Source: the human T2T-CHM13v2.0 reference genome, Homo sapiens
Strand: one strand, 5' to 3'
NCBI RefSeq assembly: GCF_009914755.1
Contig: NC_060937.1
DNA length: 64,000 nt
Shown here: piece by piece, positions 13,501 to 29,200 of the stretch
Layout: the number at the start of each line of letters is the position of its first letter
How positions within the stretch are numbered: position 1 is the stretch's first letter
Made by a program: the position numbers and the translations under genes
The notes under the pieces: generated by a model
The model's input: the letters and a program-made list of their open reading frames with translations, nothing else
What the model was told of the DNA's origin: nothing
Databases searched by the model: none

Positions 13501-16500
13501 TATGAAATTGCATCAAATATAGATTATATTATGTATGTAAAATATGAAAGTACATCAAATATAGATTATATACTGTACATAAAATACCAAAGTACCCCAA
13601 ATATATATTTTATACTGTACATGAAATATCAAAGTACTCAAACTATATATTATATACTGCACATAAAATATCAAAGTACCCAAGGTATATATTCCATACT
13701 GTACAAAAAATATCAAAGTACCCAAAGCATATATTATATGCTGTACATAAAATATGAAAGTACATGAAATATATATTTTATTCTCTACATAAAATATCAA
13801 AGTACACCAAATATATATTCTATACTGTAAATAAAATATCAAGGTACCCAAACTATACATTATATACTGTACATAAAATATGAAATTACATCAAATATAT
13901 ATTATATTAGGTACATAAAATATGAAAGTACATCAAATATAGATTATATACTTTACATAAAATATCAAAGTACCCAAATATATGTCATATACTGTACATG
14001 AAATATCAAAGTTCACAAACTATATATTATATACTGTACATAAAATATGAAATTACATCAAATATATATTATATTAGGTACAGAAAATATGAAATTACAT
14101 CAAATATATATTATATTAGGTATGTAAAATATGAAAGTACATCAAATATAGATTATATACTGTACATAAAATACCAAAGTACCCCAAATATATATTTTAT
14201 ACTGTACATGAAATATCAAAGTTCTCAAACTATATATTATATACTGCACATAAAATATCAAAGTACCCAAGGTATATATTCCATACTGTACAAAAAATAT
14301 CAAAGTACCCAAAGCATATATTATCTGCTGTACATAAAATATGAAAGTACATCAAATATATATTTTATTGTGTACATAAAATATCAAAGTACACCAAATA
14401 AATATTCTAAACTGCACATAAAATATCAAGGTACCCAAACTATACATTATATACTGTACATAAAATATGAAATTACATCAAATATATATTATATTAGGTA
14501 CATAAAATATGAAAGTACATCAAATATAGATTATATACTGTACATAAAATATCAAAGTACCCAAATATATATCATATACTGTACATGAAATATCAAAGTT
14601 CACAAACTATATATTATATACTGTACATAAAATATCAAAGTACCCAAACTATACATTATATACTGTACACAAAATATGAAATTACATCAAATATATATTA
14701 TATTATGTATGTAAAATATGAAAGTACATCAAATATAGATTATATACTGTACATAAAATACCAAAGTACCCCAAATATATATTTTATACTGTACATGAAA
14801 TATCAAAGTACTCAAACTATATATTATATACTGCACATAAAATATCAAAGTACCCAAGGTATATATTCCATACTGTACAAAAAATATCAAAGTACCCAAA
14901 GCATATATTATATGCTGTACATAAAATATGAAAGTACATGAAATATATATTTTATTCTCTACATAAAATATCAAAGTACACCAAATATATATTCTATACT
15001 GTACATAAAATATCAAGGTACCCAAACTATACATTATATACTGTACGTAAAATATGAAATTTCATCAAATATATATTATATTAGGTACATAAAATATGAA
15101 AGTACATCAAATATAGATTCTATACTGTACATAAAATATCAAAGTACCCAAATATATATCATATACTGTACATGAAATATCAAAGTTCACAAACTATACG
15201 TTATATACTGTACATGAAATATGAAATTACATCAAATATATATTTTATTAGGTATGTAAAATATGAAAGTACATCAAATATAGATTATATACTGTACATA
15301 AAATACCAAAGTACCCCAAATATATATTTTATACTGTACATGAAATATCAAGGTACCCAAACTATACATTATATACTGTACATAAAATATGAAATTACAT
15401 CAAATTTAGATTATATTAGGTACATAAAATATGAAATTACTTCAAATATATATTATATTAGGTATGTAAAATATGAAAGTACATCAAATATAGATTATAT
15501 ACTGTACATAAAATACCAAAGTACCCCAAATATATATTTTATACTGTACATGAAATATCAACGTTCTCAAACTATATATTATATACTGCACATAAAATAT
15601 CAAAGTACCCAAACTATATATTCCATACTGTACAAAAAATATCAAAGTACCCACAGCATATATTATATGCTACACATAAAATATGAAAGTACATCAAATA
15701 TATATTTTATTCTGTACATAAAATATCAAAGTACACCAAATATATATTCTATACTGTACATAAAATATCAAGGTACCCAAACTATACATTATATACTGTA
15801 CATAAAATATGAAATTACATCAAATATATATTATATTAGGTACATAAAAAATGAAAGTACATCAAATATAGATTATATACTGTACATAAAATATCAAAGT
15901 ACCCAAATATATATCATATACTGTACATGAAATATCAAAGTTCACAAACTATATATTATATACTGTACATAAAATATCAAAGTACCCAAACTATACATTA
16001 TAAACTGTACATAAAATATGAAATTGCATCAAATATAGATTATATTATGTATGTAAAATATGAAAGTACATCAAATATAGATTATATACTGTACATAAAA
16101 TACCAAAGTACCCCAAATATATATTTTATACTGTACATGAAATATCAAAGTACTCAAACTATATATTATATACTGCACATAAAATATCAAAGTACCCAAG
16201 GTATATATTCCATACTGTACAAAAAATATCAAAGTACCCAAAGCATATATTATATGCTGTACATAAAATATGAAAGTACATGAAATATATATTTTATTCT
16301 CTACATAAAATATCAAAGTACACCAAATATATATTCTATACTGTAAATAAAATATCAAGGTACCCAAACTATACATTATATACTGTACATAAAATATGAA
16401 ATTACATCAAATATATATTATATTAGGTACATAAAATATGAAAGTACATCAAATATAGATTATATACTTTACATAAAATATCAAAGTACCCAAATATATG

Positions 16501-17100
16501 TCATATACTGTACATGAAATATCAAAGTTCACAAACTATATATTATATACTGTACATAAAATATGAAATTACATCAAATATATATTATATTAGGTACAGA
16601 AAATATGAAATTACATCAAATATATATTATATTAGGTATGTAAAATATGAAAGTACATCAAATATAGATTATATACTGTACATAAAATACCAAAGTACCC
16701 CAAATATATATTTTATACTGTACATGAAATATCAAAGTTCTCAAACTATATATTATATACTGCACATAAAATATCAAAGTACCCAAGGTATATATTCCAT
16801 ACTGTACAAAAAATATCAAAGTACCCAAAGCATATATTATCTGCTGTACATAAAATATGAAAGTACATCAAATATATATTTTATTGTGTACATAAAATAT
16901 CAAAGTACACCAAATAAATATTCTAAACTGCACATAAAATATCAAGGTACCCAAACTATACATTATATACTGTACATAAAATATGAAATTACATCAAATA
17001 TATATTATATTAGGTACATAAAATATGAAAGTACATCAAATATAGATTATATACTGTACATAAAATATCAAAGTACCCAAATATATATCATATACTGTAC
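10559..17100 (+). repeat. Mixed 755-bp (18-mer) and 587-bp (14-mer) units
   Basis: 755-bp units start at 10559, 11314, 12656, 15172 (also 5818). 587-bp units start at 12069, 13411, 13998, 14585, 15927, 16514. Confidence 0.92.
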
Positions 17101-17200
17101 ATGAAATATCAAAGTTCACAAACTATATATTATATACTGTACATAAAATATCAAAGTACCCAAACTATACATTATATACTGTACACAAAATATGAAATTA
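12170..17200 (+). repeat. Tandem duplication, 2 x 2516 bp (755 + 3x587)
   Basis: ORF pairs 12656/15172, 13411/15927, 13998/16514 are offset by 2516 with identical translations. The unit at 14585 is a chimera of the 17101-type start and the 12069-type remainder. Confidence 0.93.
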
Positions 17201-20200
17201 CATCAAATATATATTATATTAGGTATGTAAAATATGAAAGTACATCAAATATAGATTATACACTGTACATAAAATACCAAAGTAACCCAAATATATATTT
17301 TATACTGTACATGAAATATCAAAGTTCTCAAACTATATATTATATACGGCACATAAAATATCAAAGTACCCAAGGTATATATTCCATACTGTACAAAAAA
17401 TATCAAAGTACCCAAAGCATATATTATATGCTGTACATAAAATATGAATGTACATCAAATATATATTTTATTCTGTACATAAAATATCAAAGTACACCAA
17501 ATATATATTCTATACTGTACATAAAATATCAAGGTACCCAAACTATACATTATATACTGTACATAAAATATGAAATTACATCAAATATATATTATATTAG
17601 GTACATAAAATATGAAAGTACATCAAATATAGATTATATACTGTACATAAAATATCAAAGTACCCAAATATATATCATATACTGTACATGAAATATCAAA
17701 GTTCACAAACTATATATTATATACTGTACATAAAATATCAAAGTACCCAAACTATACATTATATACTGTACATAAAATATGAAGTTACATCAAATATATA
17801 TTTTATTAGGTATGTAAAATATGAAAGTACATCAAATATAGATTATATATTGTACATAAAATACCAAAGTACCCCAAATATATATTTTATACTGTACATG
17901 AAATATCAAAGTTCTCAAACTATATATTATATAGTGCACATAAAATATCAAAGTACCCAAGGTATATATTCCATACTGTACAAAAATTATCAAAGTACCC
18001 AAAGCATATATTATATGCTGTACATAAAATATGAAAGTACATCAAGTATATATTTTATTCTGTACATAAAATATCAAAGTACACCAAATATATACTCTAT
18101 ACTGTACATAAAATATCAAGGTACCCAAACTATACATTATATACTGTACATAAGATATGAAATTACATCAAATATATATTATATTAGGTATGTAAAATAT
18201 GAAAGTACATCAAATATAGATTATATACTGTACATAAAATATCAAAGTACCCAAATATATATCATATATTGTACATGAAATATCAAAGTTCACAAACTAT
18301 ATATTATATACTGTACATAAAATATAAAAGTACCCAAACTATACATTATATACTGTACATAAAATATGAAATTACATCAAATATATATTTTATTAGGTAT
18401 GTAAAATATGAAAGTACATCAAATATAGATTATATACTGTACATAAAATACCAAAGTACCCCAAATATATATTTTATACTGTACATGAAATATCAAAGTT
18501 CTCAAACTCTATATTATATACTGCACATAAAATATCAAAGTACCCAAGGTATATATTCCATACTGTACAAAAAATGTCAAAGTACCCAAAGCATATATTA
18601 TATGCTGTACATAAAATTTGAAAGTACATCAAATATATATTTTATTCTGTACATAAAATATCAAAGTACACCAAATATATATTCTATACTGTACATAAAA
18701 TATCAAGGTACCCAAACTATACATTATATACTGTACATAAAATATGAAATTACATCAAATATATATTATATTAGGTACATAAAATATGAAAGTACATCAA
18801 ATATAGATTATATACTGTACATAAAATATCAAACTACACAAATATATATCATATACTGTACATGAAATATCAAGGTACCCAAACTATACATTATATACTG
18901 TACATAAAATATGAAATTACATCAAATATATATTATATTAGGTACAGAAAATATGAAATTACATCAAATATATATTATATTAGGTATGTAAAATATGAAA
19001 GTACATCAAATATAGATTATATACTGTACATAAAATACCAAAGTACCCCAAATATATATTTTATACTGTACATGAAATATCAAAGTTCTCAAACTATATA
19101 TTATATACTGCACATAAAATATCAAAGTACCCAAGTTATATATTCCATACTGTACAAAAAATATCAAAGTACCCAAAGCATATATTATATGCTGTACATA
19201 AAATATGAAAGTACATCAAATATATATTTTATTCTGTACATAAAATATCAAAGTACACCAAATATATATTCTATACTGTACATAAAATATCAAGGTACCC
19301 AATCTATACATTATATACTGTACATAAAATATGAAATTACATCAAATATATATTATATTAGGTACATAAAATATGAAAGTACATCAAATATAGATTATAT
19401 ACTGTACATAAAATATCAAAGTACCCAAATATATATCATATACTGTACATGAAATATCAAAGTTCACAAACTATATATTATATACTGTACATAAAATATC
19501 AAAGTACCCAAACTATACATTATATACTGTACATAAAATATGAAATTACATCAAATATATATTTTATTAGGTATGTAAAATATGAAAGTACATCAAATAT
19601 AGATTATATACTGTACATAAAATACCAAAGTACCACAAATATATATTTTATACTGTACATGAAATATCAAAGTTCTCAAACTATATATTATATACTGCAC
19701 ATAAAATATCAAAGTACCCAAGGTATATATTCCATACTGTACAAAAAATATCAAAGTACCCAAAGCATATATTATATGCTGTACATAAAATATGAAAGTA
19801 CATGAAATATATATTTTATTCTCTACATAAAATATCAAAGTACACCAAATATATATTCTATACTGTACATAAAATATCAAGGTACCCAAACTATACATTA
19901 TATACTGTACATAAAACATGAAATTACATCAAATATATATTATATTAGGTACATAAAATATGAAAGTACATCAAATATAGATTATATACTGTACAAAAAA
20001 TATCAAAGTACCCAAATATATACCATATACTGTACATGAAATATCAAAGTTCACAAACTATATATTATATACTGTACATAAAATATCAAAGTACCCAAAC
20101 TATACATTATATACTGTACATAAAATATGAAATTACATCAAATATATATTTTATTAGGTATGTAAAATATGAAAGTACATCAAATATAGATTATATACTG

Positions 20201-23200
20201 TACATAAAATACCAAAGTACCCCAAATATATATTTTATACTGTACATGAAATATCAAAGTTCTCAAACTATATATTATATAGTGCACATAAAATATCAAA
20301 GTACCCAAGGTATATATTCCATACTGTACAAAAATTATCAAAGTACCCAAAGCATATATTATATGCTGTACATAAAATATGGAAGTACATGAAATATATA
20401 TTTTATTCTGTACATAAAATATCAAAGTACACCAAATATATATTCTATACTGTACATAAAATAGCAAGGTACCCAAACTATACATTATATACTGTACATA
20501 AGATATGAAATTACATCAAATATATATTATATTAGGTACATAAAATATGAAAGTACATCAAATATAGATTATATACTGTACATAAAATCTCAAAGTACCC
20601 AAATATATATCATATACTGTACATGAAATATCAAAGTTCACAAACTATATATTATATACTGTACATAAAATATCAAAGTACCCAAACTATACATTATATA
20701 CTGTACATAAAATATGAAATTACATCAAATATATATTTTATTAGGTATGTAAAATATGAAAGTACATCAAATATAGATTATATACTGTACATAAAATACC
20801 AAAGTACCCCAAATATATATTTTATACTGTACATGAAATATCAAAGTTCTCAAAGTATATATTATATAGTGGACATAAAATATCAAAGTACCCAAGGTAT
20901 ATATTCCATACTGTACAAAAATTATCAAAGTACCCAAAGCATATATTATATGCTGTACATAAAATATGAAAGTACATCAAATATATATTTTATTCTGTAC
21001 ATAAAATATCAAAGTACACCAAATATATATTCTATACTGTACATAAAATATCAAGGTACCCAAACTATACATTATATACTGTACATAAGATATGAAATTA
21101 CATCAAATATATATTATATTAGGTACATAAAATATGAAAGTACATCAAATATAGATTATATACTGTACATAAAATATCAAAGTACCCAAATATATATCAT
21201 ATACTGTACATGAAATATCAAAGTTCACAAACTATATATTATATACTGTACATAAAATATCAAAGTACCCAAACTATACATTATATACTGTACATAAAAT
21301 ATGAAATTACATCAAATATATATTATATTAGGTATGTAAAATATGAAAGTACATCAAATATAGATTATATACTGTACATAAAATACCAAAGTACCCCAAA
21401 TATATATTTTATACTGTACATGAAATATCAAAGTTCTCAAACTATATATTATATACTGCACATAAAATATCAAAGTACCCAAGGTATATATTCCATACTG
21501 TACAAAAAATATCAAAGTACCCAAAGCATATATTATATGCTGTACATAAAATATGAAAGTACATGAAATATATATTTTATTCTGTACATAAAATATCAAA
21601 GTACACCAAATATATATTCTATACTGTACATAAAATATCAACGTACCCAAACTATACATTATATACTGTACATAAAATATGAAATTACATCAAATATATA
21701 TTATATTAGGTACATAAAATATGAAAGTACATCAAATATAGATTATATACTGTACATAAAATCTCAAAGTACCCAAATATATATCATATACTGTACATGA
21801 AATATCAAAGTTCACAAACTATATATTATATACTGTACATAAAATATCAAAGTACCCAAACTATACATTATATACTGTACATAAAATATGAAATTACATC
21901 AAATATATATTTTATTAGGTATGTAAAATATGAAAGTACATCAAATATAGATTATATACTGTACATAAAATACCAAAGTACCCCAAATATATATTTTATA
22001 CTGTACATGAAATATCAAAGTTCTCAAAGTATATATTATATAGTGCACATAAAATATCAAAGTACCCAAGGTATATATTCCATACTGTACAAAAATTATC
22101 AAAGTACCCAAAGCATATATTATATGCTGTACATAAAATATGAAAGTACATCAAATATATATTTTATTCTGTACATAAAATATCAAAGTATACCAAATAT
22201 ATATTCTATACTGTACATAAAATATCAAGGTACCCAAACTATACATTATATACTGTACATAAGATATGAAATTACATCAAATATATATTATATTAGGTAC
22301 ATAAAATATGAAAGTACATCAAATATAGATTATATACTGTACATAAAATATCAAAGTACCCAAATATATATCATATACTGTACATGAAATATCAAAGTTC
22401 ACAAACTATATATTATATACTGTACATAAAATATCAAAGTACCCAAACTATACATTATATACTGTACATAAAATATGAAATTACATCAAATATATATTTT
22501 ATTAGGTATGTAAAATATGAAAGTACATCAAATATAGATTATATACTGTACATAAAATACCAAAGTACCCCAAATATATATTTTATACTGTACATGAAAT
22601 ATCAAAGTTCTCAAAGTATATATTATATAGTGCACATAAAATATCAAAGTACCCAAGGTATATATTCCATACTGTACAAAAATTATCAAAGTACCCAAAG
22701 CATATATTATATGCTGTACATAAAATATGAAAGTACATCAAATATATATTTTATTCTGTACATAAAATATCAAAGTATACCAAATATATATTCTATACTG
22801 TACATAAAATATCAAGGTACCCAAACTATACATTATATACTGTACATAAGATATGAAATTACATCAAATATATATTATATTAGGTACATAAAATATGAAA
22901 GTACATCAAATATAGATTATATACTGTACATAAAATATCAAAGTACCCAAATATATATCATATACTGTACATGAAATATCAAAGTTCACAAACTATATAT
23001 TATATACTGTACATAAAATATCAAAGTACCCAAACTATACATTATATACTGTACATAAAATATGAAATTACATCAAATATATATTTTATTAGGTATGTAA
23101 AATATGAAAGTACATCAAATATAGATTATATACTGTACATAAAATACCAAAGTACCCCAAATATATATTTTATACTGTACATGAAATATCAAAGTTCTCA

Positions 23201-26200
23201 AAGTATATATTATATAGTGCACATAAAATATCAAAGTACCCAAGGTATATATTCCATACTGTACAAAAATTATCAAAGTACCCAAAGCATATATTATATG
23301 CTGTACATAAAATATGAAAGTACATCAAATATATATTTTATTCTGTACATAAAATATCAAAGTACACCAAATATATATTCTATACTGTACATAAAATATC
23401 AAGGTACCCAAACTATACATTATATACTGTACATAAGATATGAAATTACATCAAATATATATTATATTAGGTACATAAAATATGAAAGTACATCAAATAT
23501 AGATTATATACTGTACATAAAATATCAAAGTACCCAAATATATATCATATACTGTACATGAAATATCAAAGTTCACAAACTATATATTATATACTGTACA
23601 TAAAATATCAAAGTACCCAAACTATACATTATATACTGTACATAAAATATGAAATTACATCAAATATATATTATATTAGGTATGTAAAATATGAAAGTAC
23701 ATCAAATATAGATTATATACTGTACATAAAATACCAAAGTACCCCAAATATATATTTTATACTGTACATGAAATATCAAAGTTCTCAAACTATATATTAT
23801 ATACTGCACATAAAATATCAAAGTACCCAAGGTATATATTCCATACTGTACAAAAAATATCAAAGTACCCAAAGCATATATTATATGCTGTACATAAAAT
23901 ATGAAAGTACATCAAATATATATTTTATTCTGTATATAAAATATCAAAGTACACCAAATATATATTCTATACTGTACATAAAATATCAAGGTACCCAAAC
24001 TATACATTATATACTGTACATAAAATATGAAATTACATCAAATATATATTATATTAGGTACATAAAATATGAAAGTACATCAAATATAGATTATATACTG
24101 TACATAAAATATGAAAGTACCCAAATATATATCATATACTGTACATGAAATATCAAAGTTCACAAACTATATATTATATACTGTACATAAAATATCAAAG
24201 TACCCAAACTATACATTATATACTGTACATAAAATATGAAATTACATCAAATATATATTATATTAGGTATGTAAAATATGAAAGTACATCAAATATAGAT
24301 TATATACTGTACATAAAATACCAAAGTACCCCAAATATATATTTTATACTGTACATGAAATATCAAAGTTATCAAACTATATATTATATAGTGCACATAT
24401 AATATCAAAGTACCCAAGGTATATATTCCATACTGTACAAAAATTATCAAAGTACCCAAAGCATATATTATATGCTGTACATAAAATATGAAAGTACATC
24501 AAATATATATTTTATTCTGTACATAAAATATCAAAGTACACCAAATATATATTCTATACTGTACATAAAATATCAAGGTACCCAAACTATACATTATATA
24601 CTGTACATAAGATATGAAATTACATCAAATATATATTATATTAGGTACATAAAATATGAAAGTACATCAAATATAGATTATATACTGTACATAAAATATC
24701 AAAGTACCCAAATATATATCATATACTGTACATGAAATATCAAAGTTCACAAACTATATATTATATACTGTACATAAAATATCAAAGTACCCAAACTATA
24801 CATTATATACTGTACATAAAATATGAAATTACATCAAATATATATTATATTAGGTATGTAAAATATGAAAGTACATCAAATATAGATTATATACTGTACA
24901 TAAAATACCAAAGTACCCCAAATATATATTTTATACTGTACATGAAATATCAAAGTTCTCAAACTATATATTATATACTGCACATAAAATATCAAAGTAC
25001 CCAAGGTATATATTCCATACTGTACAAAAAATATCAAAGTACCCAAAGCATATATTATATGCTGTACATAAAATATGAAAGTACATGAAATATATATTTT
25101 ATTCTGTACATAAAATATCAAAGTACACCAAATATATATTCTATACTGTACATAAAATATCAACGTACCCAAACTATACATTATATACTGTACATAAAAT
25201 ATGAAATTACATCAAATATATATTATATTAGGTACATAAAATATGAAAGTACATCAAATATAGATTATATACTGTACATAAAATCTCAAAGTACCCAAAT
25301 CTATATCATATACTGTACATGAAATATCAAAGTTCACAAACTATATATTATATACTGTACATAAAATATCAAAGTACCCAAACTATACATTATATACTGT
25401 ACATAAAATATGAAATTACATCAAATATATATTTTATTAGGTATGTAAAATATGAAAGTACATCAAATATAGATTATATACTGTACATAAAATACCAAAG
25501 TACCCCAAATATATATTTTATACTGTACATGAAATATCAAAGTTCTCAAAGTATATATTATATAGTGCACATAAAATATCAAAGTACCCAAGGTATATAT
25601 TCCATACTGTACAAAAATTATCAAAGTACCCAAAGCATATATTATATGCTGTACATAAAATATGAAAGTACATCAAATATATATTTTATTCTGTACATAA
25701 AATATCAAAGTATACCAAATATATATTCTATACTGTACATAAAATATCAAGGTACCCAAACTATACATTATATACTGTACATAAGATATGAAATTACATC
25801 AAATATATATTATATTAGGTACATAAAATATGAAAGTACATCAAATATAGATTATATACTGTACATAAAATATCAAAGTACCCAAATATATATCATATAC
25901 TGTACATGAAATATCAAAGTTCACAAACTATATATTATATACTGTACATAAAATATCAAAGTACCCAAACTATACATTATATACTGTACATAAAATATGA
26001 AATTACATCAAATATATATTATATTAGGTATGTAAAATATGAAAGTACATCAAATATAGATTATATACTGTACATAAAATACCAAAGTACCCCAAATATA
26101 TATTTTATACTGTACATGAAATATCAAAGTTCTCAAACTATATATTATATACTGCACATAAAATATCAAAGTACCCAAGGTATATATTCCATACTGTACA

Positions 26201-29200
26201 AAAAATATCAAAGTACCCAAAGCATATATTATATGCTGTACATAAAATATGAAAGTACATCAAATATATATTTTATTCTGTATATAAAATATCAAAGTAC
26301 ACCAAATATATATTCTATACTGTACATAAAATATCAAGGTACCCAAACTATACATTATATACTGTACATAAAATATGAAATTACATCAAATATATATTAT
26401 ATTAGGTACATAAAATATGAAAGTACATCAAATATAGATTATATACTGTACATAAAATATGAAAGTACCCAAATATATATCATATACTGTACATGAAATA
26501 TCAAAGTTCACAAACTATATATTATATACTGTACATAAAATATCAAAGTACCCAAACTATACATTATATACTGTACATAAAATATGAAATTACATCAAAT
26601 ATATATTATATTAGGTATGTAAAATATGAAAGTACATCAAATATAGATTATATACTGTACATAAAATACCAAAGTACCCCAAATATATATTTTATACTGT
26701 ACATGAAATATCAAAGTTATCAAACTATATATTATATAGTGCACATATAATATCAAAGTACCCAAGGTATATATTCCATACTGTACAAAAATTATCAAAG
26801 TACCCAAAGCATATATTATATGCTGTACATAAAATATGAAAGTACATCAAATATATATTTTATTCTGTACATAAAATATCAAAGTACACCAAATATATAT
26901 TCTATACTGTACATAAAATATCAAGGTACCCAAACTATACATTATATACTGTACATAAGATATGAAATTACATCAAATATATATTATATTAGGTACATAA
27001 AATATGAAAGTACATCAAATATAGATTATATACTGTACATAAAATATCAAAGTACCCAAATATATATCATATACTGTACATGAAATATCAAAGTTCACAA
27101 ACTATATATTATATACTGTACATAAAATATCAAAGTACCCAAACTATACATTATATACTGTACATAAAATATGAAATTACATCAAATATATATTATATTA
27201 GGTATGTAAAATATGAAAGTACATCAAATATAGATTATATACTGTACATAAAATACCAAAGTACCCCAAATATATATTTTATACTGTACATGAAATATCA
27301 AAGTTCTCAAACTATATATTATATACTGCACATAAAATATCAAAGTACCCAAGGTATATATTCCATACTGTACAAAAAATATCAAAGTACCCAAAGCATA
27401 TATTATATGCTGTACATAAAATATGAAAGTACATGAAATATATATTTTATTCTGTACATAAAATATCAAAGTACACCAAATATATATTCTATACTGTACA
27501 TAAAATATCAACGTACCCAAACTATACATTATATACTGTACATAAAATATGAAATTACATCAAATATATATTATATTAGGTACATAAAATATGAAAGTAC
27601 ATCAAATATAGATTATATACTGTACATAAAATCTCAAAGTACCCAAATATATATCATATACTGTACATGAAATATCAAAGTTCACAAACTATATATTATA
27701 TACTGTACATAAAATATCAAAGTACCCAAACTATACATTATATACTGTACATAAAATATGAAATTACATCAAATATATATTTTATTAGGTATGTAAAATA
27801 TGAAAGTACATCAAATATAGATTATATACTGTACATAAAATACCAAAGTACCCCAAATATATATTTTATACTGTACATGAAATATCAAAGTTCTCAAAGT
27901 ATATATTATATAGTGCACATAAAATATCAAAGTACCCAAGGTATATATTCCATACTGTACAAAAATTATCAAAGTACCCAAAGCATATATTATATGCTGT
28001 ACATAAAATATGAAAGTACATCAAATATATATTTTATTCTGTACATAAAATATCAAAGTATACCAAATATATATTCTATACTGTACATAAAATATCAAGG
28101 TACCCAAACTATACATTATATACTGTACATAAGATATGAAATTACATCAAATATATATTATATTAGGTACATAAAATATGAAAGTACATCAAATATAGAT
28201 TATATACTGTACATAAAATATCAAAGTACCCAAATATATATCATATACTGTACATGAAATATCAAAGTTCACAAACTATATATTATATACTGTACATAAA
28301 ATATCAAAGTACCCAAACTATACATTATATACTGTACATAAAATATGAAATTACATCAAATATATATTATATTAGGTATGTAAAATATGAAAGTACATCA
28401 AATATAGATTATATACTGTACATAAAATACCAAAGTACCCCAAATATATATTTTATACTGTACATGAAATATCAAAGTTCTCAAACTATATATTATATAC
28501 TGCACATAAAATATCAAAGTACCCAAGATATATATTCCATACTGTACAAAAAATATCAAAGTCCCCAAAGCATATATTATATGCTGTACATAAAATATGA
28601 AAGTACATCAAATATATATTTTATTCTGTACATAAAATATCAAAGTACACCAAATATATATTCTATACTGTACATAAAATATCAAGGTAACCAAACTATA
28701 CATTATATACTGTACATAAAATATGAAATTACATCAAATATATATTATATTAGGTACATAAAATATGAAAGTACATCAAATATAGATTATATACTGTACA
28801 TAAAATATCAAAGTACCCAAATATATATCATATACTGTACATGAAATATCAAAGTTCACAAACTATATATTATATACTGTACATAAAATATCAAAGTACC
28901 CAAACTATACATTATATACTGTACATAAAATATGAAATTTCATCAAATATATATTTTATTAGGTATGTAAAATATGAAAGTACATCAAATATAGATTATA
29001 TACTGTACATAAAATACCAAAGTACCCCAAATATATATTTTATACTGTACATGAAATATCAAAGTTCTCAAACTATATATTATATAGTGCACATAAAATA
29101 TCAAAGTACCCAAGGTATATATTCCATACTGTACAAAAATTATCAAAGTACCCAAAGCATATATTATATGCTGTACATAAAATATGAAAGTACATCAAAT

